Source: Nitrosomonas sp. (GTDB taxonomy: Bacteria; Pseudomonadota; Gammaproteobacteria; Burkholderiales; Nitrosomonadaceae). From it: DNA of 64,000 nucleotides. The notes below the pieces were generated by a model, which saw only the letters and a list, made by a program, of their open reading frames with translations, did not search any database and was not told the origin of the DNA. The position numbers and the translations under genes were made by a program. The DNA lies in the NCBI GenBank assembly GCA_044228295.1, contig JBGAVE010000008.1, forward strand, positions 15,235 to 79,234. The letters are read 5' to 3'. The first letter of the stretch is position 1. Each line of letters opens with the position of its first letter. Shown piece by piece: positions 10,315-19,700 of the stretch.

Positions 10315-11648
10315 TGCATTAGCTCCTCTATGTCAACAATGGATTTAGGTGCCGAAGCGGTTAACAGTTGATTACCGTTTTCAGTCACTATCACATCATC
10401 TTCTATTCGGATTCCAATATTCCAGAAATGTTCCGCAACATTCTCACCCGCGCGAATATAACACCCCGGTTCGACTGTGAGTACCATGCCAGGCTGGAAA
10501 CGCCGCCACTCACCCTGTTGTTTATATTGACCGGCATCGTGTACATCCATGCCCAACCAATGACCAGTACGATGCATATAAAACCGTTTGTAATCTTCGG
10601 ATTCTAGCACGCTATCGAGACTTCCCTGGCATAAGCCAAGGTCGATGAATCCTTGTGCGAGAATTTTTAATGCAGCTTGATGCGGTTCGTCCCAGCGATT
10701 ATCAGGTTTTACTTTTGCGATAGCAGCAGCTTGCGCATTCAAAACTAATTGATAAATATCTTTTTGCGCCGATGAAAATTTTCCGTTGATAGGAAAAGTG
10801 CGGGTAATATCCGAAGCGTAACCTTGCAATTCACAGCCGGCATCGATTAGCAGCAAATCTCCCGATTTTAATACGGCATTGTTTTCGACATAGTGCAGCA
10901 CGCAAGCGTTTGAACCTCCCGCTACAATCGATGTATAAGCCGGTGACCGAGCGCCGTGACGGTTGAAGGTATGCAGTAATTCGGCTTCGATTTCGTATTC
11001 ATATTGGCCTGGTTTGGTCATTTGCATCGCATTTCGATGGGCTTGCACGGAAATATTGGCCGCTTGCTGCATCACATCGAGTTCTTGATTACTTTTGATC
11101 AAACGCATTTCATCTAAAATGCCGCGACAGTCATTGATTTTTTCTGGAGCCATGATGCCCGTGCGAACTTGCTCGCGAACCTGATTCAACCACTGCATGA
11201 TGCGCTGATCCCAAGCGGAGTCATGCCCAAGCATGGTATAAATAATGGGTTGATTCGCAAGTAAGGTAGGGATGATGTCGTCAAGTCGATTAATAGGGTA
11301 AGTTTCATCCAGCAGAAAAGTTTCTTTGGCGGCTTCCGGGCCATAGCGGTACCCGTCCCAAATTTCACGTTCCTTATCTTTAGCACGACAAAACAGAATA
11401 TGTTTTTCGGGTGCTTGATCAGTTTTTGCAACGATAACCAATACAGCTTCAGGTTCGGTAAAGCCACTCAAATAATAGAAATAGCTATCAAAACGATAAG
11501 GATAGTGTGCATCGCGGTTGCGTATCCGCTCTGGAGCCGTGGGAATAATCGCGATTCCGGCTTGCATGTGTTGTGCAAAAGTATGGCGCCGTTTGAGATA
11601 GGATTCCATGGGGATGATCAATGATTGCATAGAAGTTATTCTTTCCAA
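10311..11648 (-). CDS. pepP: Xaa-Pro aminopeptidase
   Basis: DAGCE, ASDITRT, HRTGHWLGMDVHD, TVEPG and GIRIEDD motifs. Confidence 0.95.
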   Translation of the reverse strand: MERITSMQSLIIPMESYLKRRHTFAQHMQAGIAIIPTAPERIRNRDAHYPYRFDSYFYYLSGFTEPEAVLVIVAKTDQAPEKHILFCRAKDKEREIWDGYRYGPEAAKETFLLDETYPINRLDDIIPTLLANQPIIYTMLGHDSAWDQRIMQWLNQVREQVRTGIMAPEKINDCRGILDEMRLIKSNQELDVMQQAANISVQAHRNAMQMTKPGQYEYEIEAELLHTFNRHGARSPAYTSIVAGGSNACVLHYVENNAVLKSGDLLLIDAGCELQGYASDITRTFPINGKFSSAQKDIYQLVLNAQAAAIAKVKPDNRWDEPHQAALKILAQGFIDLGLCQGSLDSVLESEDYKRFYMHRTGHWLGMDVHDAGQYKQQGEWRRFQPGMVLTVEPGCYIRAGENVAEHFWNIGIRIEDDVIVTENGNQLLTASAPKSIVDIEELMQ

Positions 11649-11657
11649 TGAGTTTTA

Positions 11658-12395
11658 TTAGGATTGCGCGCGTCGCTTTAATTGATTGTCCAATTGTTGT
11701 AGACGCTCAGGCGTGCCGACATCGATCCATTCACCGGAAAAATATTCACCAGTCACTTTGTTTTCTTGCATGGCTCGACGCAGTATTGGCGCTAATTTTG
11801 CAGCTTCTCCGGGCATGATGGATTGAAATAGTTGCGGATGATAAATACCGATGCCACTAAACGTGAATTTCTGCTCACCTTCCAATCGAAGGTAGCCATC
11901 TTGCAATGAAAAGTCACCTTCGGGATGATGTTCTGGATTATCAACCAGCACGAGGTGTGCTAGGCATTGATTTTCCGGTGCTAGCATGGCATCCAAAGTA
12001 GCTCGCAAAGAAAGGTAATCGAACCCGCAATAAATATCTCCATTGACTACCAAGAATGGGATTGCTTTATGTGTGTCGGTCAGCAAGTTCATCGCATTGG
12101 CAATCCCACCGGCTGTTTCTAGCACGATTTTTTCAGGCGAATAATGAATCTGAACGCCGTATCGATCGCCGTTTCCCAAAGCATTCTCAATCATGGCACC
12201 GAGGTAAGCATGATTGATGACAATTTCAGTGAAACCCGCCTGTGCCAGGTTATAAATTTGATATTCAATGAGTGCATGCTGACCGGCTTTCAGCAGCGGC
12301 TTGGGCAGATTGTCCGTGAGCGGGCGCATGCGCTTTCCTTGGCCAGCGGCAAGGATCATGGCCCGGTACGGATTATTGCTAGAAAGAATAGCCAA
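11658..12395 (-). CDS. murU: N-acetylmuramate alpha-1-phosphate uridylyltransferase
   Basis: AMILAAGQGKRMRPLT, LETAGGI; directly downstream of amgK. Confidence 0.9.
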   Translation of the reverse strand: MAILSSNNPYRAMILAAGQGKRMRPLTDNLPKPLLKAGQHALIEYQIYNLAQAGFTEIVINHAYLGAMIENALGNGDRYGVQIHYSPEKIVLETAGGIANAMNLLTDTHKAIPFLVVNGDIYCGFDYLSLRATLDAMLAPENQCLAHLVLVDNPEHHPEGDFSLQDGYLRLEGEQKFTFSGIGIYHPQLFQSIMPGEAAKLAPILRRAMQENKVTGEYFSGEWIDVGTPERLQQLDNQLKRRAQS

Positions 12396-13383
12396 TTTTC
12401 GAATCAGGAGTTACGTCATGCAACTCGTCGAACAGATTAAGCAACGGCGAGAGTTCTCTATATCGATCACAGGTTTTTTGCAGATATTCCATTACAAGCG
12501 GCATATCGTTGAGATAATTGGATTTTCCATCGCGATAATTGAGTCGTGCAAAAATACCTAAAATTTTCAGATGCCGCTGTACTCCCATCCATTCAAAATC
12601 ACGGTAAAAAACGCCAAAGTCAGTGGCTACCGGCAGATTTGCCTGACGGGCTTTTTCCCAATAACGAATCGTCCAATCGAGAATCCGTTCTTCATCCCAA
12701 CGAATATAGGCATCTTTAAACAAAGAAACTAAATCATAGGTTATCGGACCGTAGACCGCATCTTGGAAATCAATAATGCCGGGGTTGGGTGACGACACCA
12801 TTAAATTGCGCGAATGATAATCGCGATGAACAAACACTTTGGGTTGATTGAGGTTATTTTGTAAAATTTGATCAAAGACGTTTTCTAATAGTGTTTTTTG
12901 GTTTTGAGTTAATTCAGCTTGCAGGTGTTTAGCAATATACCAATCAGGAAACAAATTTAATTCTCTACGCAACAAGGCTTCGTCATATTCAGGTAATTGC
13001 TTTGCTTGCGCGGATAATTGCATTTTAATGAGCGCATCGGTAGCATCGTTATACAATCGATTGGCTTGCTCGTGATGCTGGCTAAGCACCTGTAGGTAAG
13101 TGGTATTCCCCAAATCTGAAAGCAGCAAAAACCCTTGTTCTAAGTTTTGCGAAATTACTTTAGGTACATGAACTCCTGTATTGGCAAGCATTTCTGCTAC
13201 TTGTATAAAGGGCTTGCAATCTTCTTGTTGGGGTGGCGCATCCATCACGATCCATGTTTGATCGTCAATAAAAATGCGAAAATAGCTTCGGAAACTCGCA
13301 TCAGCGGAAGCGGTCTTGAGGGTAAAGTGTTTACCTGGAAATTGGGTTTTAAGCCAACTTTCTAATAATTGTTGACGTTCCAT
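12379..13383 (-). CDS. amgK: Anomeric MurNAc/GlcNAc kinase (APH family)
   Basis: DASFRSYFR, HRDYHSRN, IIDFQDA and QRHLKILGIF motifs. Confidence 0.9.
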   Translation of the reverse strand: MERQQLLESWLKTQFPGKHFTLKTASADASFRSYFRIFIDDQTWIVMDAPPQQEDCKPFIQVAEMLANTGVHVPKVISQNLEQGFLLLSDLGNTTYLQVLSQHHEQANRLYNDATDALIKMQLSAQAKQLPEYDEALLRRELNLFPDWYIAKHLQAELTQNQKTLLENVFDQILQNNLNQPKVFVHRDYHSRNLMVSSPNPGIIDFQDAVYGPITYDLVSLFKDAYIRWDEERILDWTIRYWEKARQANLPVATDFGVFYRDFEWMGVQRHLKILGIFARLNYRDGKSNYLNDMPLVMEYLQKTCDRYRELSPLLNLFDELHDVTPDSKIGYSF

Positions 13384-13568
13384 AAGTGTATCTTATTGGA
13401 GAATAAAGCATTGGAAAGTTAAAAAAATATCAAATAAATTTTAATGTTAAAAACTGACATGGCAGAATAGACCATCCATAACAATAGATTATGGGATTTT
13501 ATCACGGTGATTTATAACGGGTGTGTGATATCAGTGATGTCAGTGTGATAACCGTAAAGGAGAAATGA

Positions 13569-13853
13569 ATGATTAGCAAAAATATGATCGATGAAATCAA
13601 CGCCAAAGTAAACGAAATTTTTCATAACAGTCCGGTTAAGGATATCGAAAAAAACGTCAAGGTTTTATTGTCCGGTGCGTTTACTCGCCTTGATTTAGTA
13701 ACACGTGATGAATTTGAAATTCAACAAGAAGTATTACAACGCACGCGTGAGAAGTTAATGATTCTTGAGGCTAAAGTTGCGGAACTGGAAGCGCGTTCTC
13801 AACCTGCTGCTATCCGCGCTGTCGATAACGTCACTGAATTGCATCCGCATTAA
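13569..13853 (+). CDS. ubiK: Ubiquinone biosynthesis accessory factor UbiK (YqiC)
   Basis: LDLVTRDEFEIQQEVL..TREKL..LE motif; upstream of comM. Confidence 0.88.
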   Translation: MISKNMIDEINAKVNEIFHNSPVKDIEKNVKVLLSGAFTRLDLVTRDEFEIQQEVLQRTREKLMILEAKVAELEARSQPAAIRAVDNVTELHPH

Positions 13854-13931
13854 TAACAATCACATTGAAACACTGATTGCAAAATTTAGGATAAACCTGT
13901 TGGTGTCCAGATATCTACGGGTTTAAACAGT

Positions 13932-15443
13932 ATGTCACTTGCAGTGTTGTATAGCCGTGCTTTGTCAGGCATGGAAGCGCCGTTAGTGACTGTCGAAACG
14001 CATATCGCTAACGGATTACCTAGTTTTACGATCGTCGGACTTCCCGATACTGAAGTTCGGGAAAGTAAAGATCGCGTTAGATCCGCCTTGCAAAATTCCC
14101 ATTTTAAAATTCCTGCGCAACGAATTACGGTCAATTTAGCGCCTGCTGATTTGCCCAAAGAAAGTGGACGATTCGATCTTCCGATCGCGCTCGGTATCTT
14201 GGCTGCTACAGGACAAGTTCCTAAGGAAGAATTAGAGCAATATGAATGGGCGGGAGAGTTAGCCCTAACCGGAGAATTACGGCCGATTCGGGGCGCATTG
14301 GCAATGACGTATCATGCTGCTCAATCCGGGCGTCGTTTCGTGTTGCCCGAGCAAAATGCTACTGAAGCTGCGTTAGTAAAAAAAGCTACCATCTATGCGG
14401 CAAAATCGTTGCTGCAAATATGTGCACATCTCACAAAGCAAGCACGATTACCAGTTTTTCAGAGTAATTTGCCTCAGGATGTTGGCGATGAAAACAAAGG
14501 CTACCCAGATTTTGAAGATGTTAAAGGGCAAGGACATGCCAAGCGCGCTTTAGAAATCGCTGCCGCCGGAAAACATAGTATTTTGATGGTGGGGCCGCCA
14601 GGAACAGGGAAGTCGATGTTAGCAGCACGTTTTCCTGGAATTTTACCGCCAATGACCGAAGATGAGGCGCTGGAATCGGCTGCAATTCAATCACTGAGTC
14701 AGGGCAGTTTCAATATTTCCGAATGGAAACGCCGACCCTTTCGCGCACCGCATCATACGGCTTCTGGTATTGCACTGGTTGGAGGCGGTAGTTATCCACG
14801 GCCTGGGGAAATTTCTTTAGCACTGCACGGAATATTATTTTTAGACGAATTACCTGAATTCGATCGAAAAGTATTGGAAGTGTTGCGTGAACCATTGGAG
14901 TCAGGAAAAATAACGATTTCTCGAGCCGCTCGTCAAGCCGAGTTTCCTGCCCATTTTCAGTTGGTATCGGCGATGAATCCATGTCCCTGCGGCTACTTGG
15001 GGCACCCCTCTGGCAAATGCCATTGCACCCCCGACCAAATCGCCCGCTATCGCGGCCGAATCTCCGGCCCGTTACTGGATCGCATCGATATGCAGATCGA
15101 AGTCCCCGCCGTACCGCAACAGGAATTGATGAAACAACAAACAACAAGCGAGAAAAGCAGCACCATCCGCCAGCGTGTCGAGAAAGCGCACCAATTGCAG
15201 CTTGATCGGCAAGGAAAAACCAATAGCCGCTTGGGCGTGAAAGAAATCGACCAATTCTGTGCAATCGACAGCGCGAGCGAGAATCTGCTTAAACAAGCCA
15301 TCAGCCGTTTGAATCTATCGGCGCGTGCATATCACCGCATTCTGAAAGTCGCGAGAACGATTGCGGATTTGGCTGGGATCGAGAAAATCAACAATCAACA
15401 CATCGCGGAAGCGATTCAATATCGCAGACTAGACAAGCACTAG
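13932..15443 (+). CDS. comM: YifB/ComM Mg-chelatase-like AAA+ ATPase
   Basis: IVGLPDTEVRES, GPPGTGKS, FLDELPEF, NPCPCG and LSARAYHRILKVARTIAD motifs. Confidence 0.95.
   Translation: MSLAVLYSRALSGMEAPLVTVETHIANGLPSFTIVGLPDTEVRESKDRVRSALQNSHFKIPAQRITVNLAPADLPKESGRFDLPIALGILAATGQVPKEELEQYEWAGELALTGELRPIRGALAMTYHAAQSGRRFVLPEQNATEAALVKKATIYAAKSLLQICAHLTKQARLPVFQSNLPQDVGDENKGYPDFEDVKGQGHAKRALEIAAAGKHSILMVGPPGTGKSMLAARFPGILPPMTEDEALESAAIQSLSQGSFNISEWKRRPFRAPHHTASGIALVGGGSYPRPGEISLALHGILFLDELPEFDRKVLEVLREPLESGKITISRAARQAEFPAHFQLVSAMNPCPCGYLGHPSGKCHCTPDQIARYRGRISGPLLDRIDMQIEVPAVPQQELMKQQTTSEKSSTIRQRVEKAHQLQLDRQGKTNSRLGVKEIDQFCAIDSASENLLKQAISRLNLSARAYHRILKVARTIADLAGIEKINNQHIAEAIQYRRLDKH
14982..15443 (+). 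repeat. comM 3' segment duplicated at 33116-33574 (left island boundary)
   Basis: Homology starts at TGTCC (CPCG codons); 38-bp exact match between 14991-15028 and 33125-33162. Confidence 0.9.
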
Positions 15444-15500
15444 AATTATTACGCCCACTGCTGATATGTAGCGTGAATTTATCTGGAAAATCTTCCTTTC

Positions 15501-15520
15501 AATGTGATATTTCTCACATT
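15501..15520. promoter_or_regulatory. CRP-family consensus box
   Basis: AATGTGA-TATTTC-TCACATT, a perfect TGTGA-N6-TCACA. Confidence 0.65.
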
Positions 15521-15550
15521 TATTTTGAATAAGCTCAATATAAAATTCAG

Positions 15551-15566
15551 ATGTCCAATTAGACAT
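15551..15566. promoter_or_regulatory. Palindromic operator candidate
   Basis: ATGTC-CAATTA-GACAT. Confidence 0.4.
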
Positions 15567-15585
15567 AAATTACTCAACATTCTCA

Positions 15586-15599
15586 TTGATCTACATCAA
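15586..15599. promoter_or_regulatory. FNR-family consensus box
   Basis: TTGAT-CTAC-ATCAA, a perfect TTGAT-N4-ATCAA, about 75 nt upstream of the 15675 start. Confidence 0.65.
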
Positions 15600-15674
15600 C
15601 ATCTAAAATCAGAAACATACGATATGTTGCCAGTTACAGATCATAAGATGACTCAATTTTATTAGGAAGAAATT

Positions 15675-16529
15675 ATGGCACTTATACCCGATGCAAATGT
15701 AGAAGGACCAATTGCCCAACTTCCAAACTTGAATGGTGATCAACTTACGCTAATAGTAGCTGGCGTTACAGTAATCGCTGATTTGAATACGATTATCCGA
15801 ACACCAACCCGACAACTTAATCTTGTAGAAGTCGTAGACCCAACTCCATTCCCAGGACGAGCAGATCCGGGATTTGTTAACGGTTCTGCACAAGCCGATG
15901 GTTCTTACGATACGATAAATGGTATTTTGCGTGCGAACAGGCTTTTTCTTGAACCAGGCGAGCATGTACTGGTAGGGCCAATTGCAAATCCAACCGAGAC
16001 AGGTGCCGTCGTTAATGGTGTCAATGCAGAGCTTACCAATGACACTAGAATTCCTTCCTATCAAATACTCAATGAATTTGGATTCCCTATTCAACCAGCT
16101 TCTATCCCAGTGGACTCAACAACAGCAGCTGAAGGGTATTATGACGGGAATATACTCCGTGCTTTCGCAATTTCAGTGGATGCGCCAGATGCAATATTGA
16201 AAATAAATCCTATTATTCAACCACAGATCTCGCTCTTGCGCGCACGGACCGTTGAAAAAGATAGCACGTACCGGTTAGATATTCGCGGGGCTGTGACGTT
16301 GCATCACTCTCCAGGATTTCAGCCACAAGAGATTGATGTTTATCGATTGGATGATAACAATGTAACAGCATTTCTTGGCAGGGCAAGAACAAGGAGAGCT
16401 CCAGGTACTTCTTTTGGAAAATACGATCAAGAATTCCGTAATCTTCCTGGAGAGCCACCTACACGCATACGAGTAATAAATACTACTGCAATGAATCAGC
16501 CTAGTGCTGATCTCTATGTTGATTTGTGA
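15675..16529 (+). CDS. Hypothetical beta-rich protein, first gene of the multicopper oxidase cluster
   Basis: 284-aa ORF with AGGAAG RBS; no recognisable family. Confidence 0.75.
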   Translation: MALIPDANVEGPIAQLPNLNGDQLTLIVAGVTVIADLNTIIRTPTRQLNLVEVVDPTPFPGRADPGFVNGSAQADGSYDTINGILRANRLFLEPGEHVLVGPIANPTETGAVVNGVNAELTNDTRIPSYQILNEFGFPIQPASIPVDSTTAAEGYYDGNILRAFAISVDAPDAILKINPIIQPQISLLRARTVEKDSTYRLDIRGAVTLHHSPGFQPQEIDVYRLDDNNVTAFLGRARTRRAPGTSFGKYDQEFRNLPGEPPTRIRVINTTAMNQPSADLYVDL

Positions 16530-16603
16530 TTATTGTAAAGATTGTTTGTTAAATTATGGTGTTAGCATGTTTTCTGGTGAATTGGGAGAGGCTTTAACCA
16601 TGC

Positions 16604-16631
16604 TTGACATAATGTTTTTATCAATTAGAAT
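16604..16631 (+). promoter_or_regulatory. Sigma70 promoter candidate for the giant multicopper oxidase
   Basis: TTGACA-N16-TAGAAT, about 85 nt upstream of the ATG at 16715. Confidence 0.5.
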
Positions 16632-16714
16632 TACTATAAGTATCAAAAAAATATCTTTGATCTTCTAACGCAATATTTACATATTGAAGATCAAGAAAAA
16701 TGAGGGGGGTGGCC

Positions 16715-19700
16715 ATGAAGTTCAAACATAAGTTTCTACGGATAGTGATTTCATTGTTAAGCTTTTTTGTTGTTGGTTCTATATCGGCACAAATGCCACA
16801 ATTAAAAGGCAGTTCGAATTCTCTAGTTAAACAACCAGGTTTTCAGAAGCTCGAAAGCTGTCGGAATGCTTTAGTAGCCGATGTGGTGGCAATTGACCAT
16901 CCAATGGTTTTCAATCGACTTGGTGCGCAGAATGTGAACTGGATGATGTATGCGTTGCGTCATGACATCATTGATGTGGCAAGCAATAAAACATTGGATT
17001 ACACAATTGTAGGTGATCAATTATTTGCAAGTGCCAAAGCAAACAATACCAGTCGCGGCATTGCATTAAGACCCGATTTGCGTCCTCGTCCATTGGTACT
17101 TCGTGTGGCAGCAGGGGGTTATCTAAAAGTAAATTTTACTAATTTACTGCATGCGGCATCTAATCCTTTTGATTATCCTGATCAATTTTTAGGTATTCAG
17201 CATCCAACAGAACATTCTCCAATAGACCAACTGGGATTAAGTGCAAGTAATTTGCATAAAACCTATACCCTGGATGATCAAGTGGCGAGTCGTACAGTAG
17301 GATTTCACCCACAGGGACTAGAGTTAGTTAATAGTATGAATGATGACAGCTCTTATGTTGGAAAAAATAGTAACAGCATGGTTGCTCCCGGGCAAACTAA
17401 AACATATTGTTTCTATGCTCCAAAAGAGGGTGCCTACCTGGTTAGTAGTGATGGTGCTGTTTTTGGTGGTGAAGGTACTTCAGGCAATAGTGGCGTTGGG
17501 TTATTCGGTGCTGTAACAGTGCAACCAAGTAGCGGGAAAAATAATAAAAATGGGAATCTAGGAACACGATTTTATCGTGCCCAAGTAACAGAAGAAGAAT
17601 TACGGTTAGCAACTACCGGAACAACGCCAAGCGGACAACCGATCATTAATTACGAGGCAATCTATCCTAATGACTGTCCAACAGGTCCCTTGTGTAAAGA
17701 AGGTAAATCTGGAAAACCTATTCTCAATATGGTGCATAACAATCGTATTATTCACGGAGATATCAATGCATTGATTGTTGGTCCCCATAAGGATGGTAGT
17801 TTTTCAAAAGATACTTATCCGCTAGAATCGCTAGGTGCGAAGAACCCGGCTTTACCTAATCGTCTAGAACCTTTTCGTGAATTTGTATCTATTTTTCACG
17901 ATGAAAATGCTGCAACTCAGGCTTTTCCCTACTTCTTCGAGCATCCTGAATTAAAGCACACGCTTCATGGAGTTCGGGATGCATTTATGATTAATTATGG
18001 TTCTGGGGGTGTTGGTGCAGAAATCATAGCCAATCGATTAAAAGCTGGACCTATGCAGGATTGCCTAGATTGCGCGTATGAAGAGTTCTTTTTGTCATCG
18101 TTTGCGGTCGGCGATGCTGCTATGCTGGTTGATAAACCGACCAATTTGCGAATCAGCCAGTGCCAACCTGAATATCTACCAGGCTCAACAGAATTTAATA
18201 CTTTTTGCGTTCAGCCTCCGGATCAAAAAGCAATGGAAGCTTATTACCCGCATGATCCAGCGAATGTACACCATAGCTACATCGGCGATTTCGTAAAGTT
18301 TCGTAATTTACATTCTGGTAAAGAACAGCACATTTTTCATTTGCACAATCACCAGTGGTTGTTTAATCCCAATGACGATAACTCCAATTATATTGATGCT
18401 CAGGGCATAGGTCCGGGTTCTGGCTACACCTATGAAATTGCCTATGGCGGTTCGGGTAATCGCAATAAGACCGTTGGTGATGCTATTTTCCATTGTCACT
18501 TCTATCCGCATTTTGCACAAGGTATGTGGTATATGTGGCGCAATCATGATGTCTTTGAAGGAGGAACACCACTTGAAGTGAGTCAAACACCTACAGGTTT
18601 TCACAAGGAACCTTTTGGCTTAATGCATGGAAAACCCGCATCAAAATCGAGAGCATTACCTGATGGTGAAATCATTTCAGGAACACCTATCCCTGCTATC
18701 GTGCCATTGCCAGGAAAAGGTATGGCACCAATGCCAGAACCGGTTCATATCACGCAAAAAGTAAATGGATTGGGTTCAAAAGCTGAGTTGGTAAATTCAT
18801 TTAGTGAAAAAACGAAAAATCCAGGTTATCCTTTTTGGGTTGCTGGTGTTACTGAACATGGTAGTCATCAATCATCGATTGGGTCACGCCCAACAACTCC
18901 ACCACTGGATATGTCAAGTATACCTGGCGTAGTCGATGGATGGGATGGGGGATTGCCTCGACATGCGTTAGCAGGCTATCTGGCGGGTGGAGATGCGGAG
19001 TCCAAAATAAGCCGGTTCACAGCTGAAAAGCATCTTAAAAAAGCAAAACCGATTTATTACCCGGAAAAAGGTACTGCTCTTGAGCAAATAGCAATGGAAT
19101 TTCATGCAAAACCTAGACCAGGTCACACAACGAGTGCTATAGACATGGCAGGTAGCGTTTTTGCTTCTTTTTTCGCTACAAATGGTGCAAAAGCGGTTCC
19201 TGGCGCACCCTATAATGAACCTTGTATTGATGATCGGGGAGAATTACTAAAAACTGGGGGAAATGGCCAATTCTTTGGTGGCACACCGGGAACTTATATT
19301 GATGTTGATCCAGCGCTTTTACCTATGGGAATTGAGTTTGGTGCTGACAAACCCCGTGTATACAAAGGCGCTAATCTCCAGCTCGATGTAATATTTAACA
19401 AATTGGGATATCACTATCCGCAGCAACGCATATTGACACTTTGGCAAGATGTGGCCTCACTACTCAATGAAACGCGCCCTCCGGAACCCTTAGTGATACG
19501 AATGAATACATTTGATTGCGCGATGTATGCACACACTAATCTTGTTCCTCATTTTTTCTATGGCGACGATTACCAAATCACAACGCCTACCGACGTTATT
19601 GGGCAACATATTCATTTGCCGAAATGGGATCTGACTTCTGCAGATGGTGGGGCGAATGGATGGAATTATGAGGATGGTACTTTCTCACCGGGTATGGTTC

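Noticed and set aside
14710-15296. Antisense ORFs over comM, and the many other short overlapping ORFs in the track
   Set aside because: They are shadows of well-supported genes on another strand or frame, with no motifs or RBS
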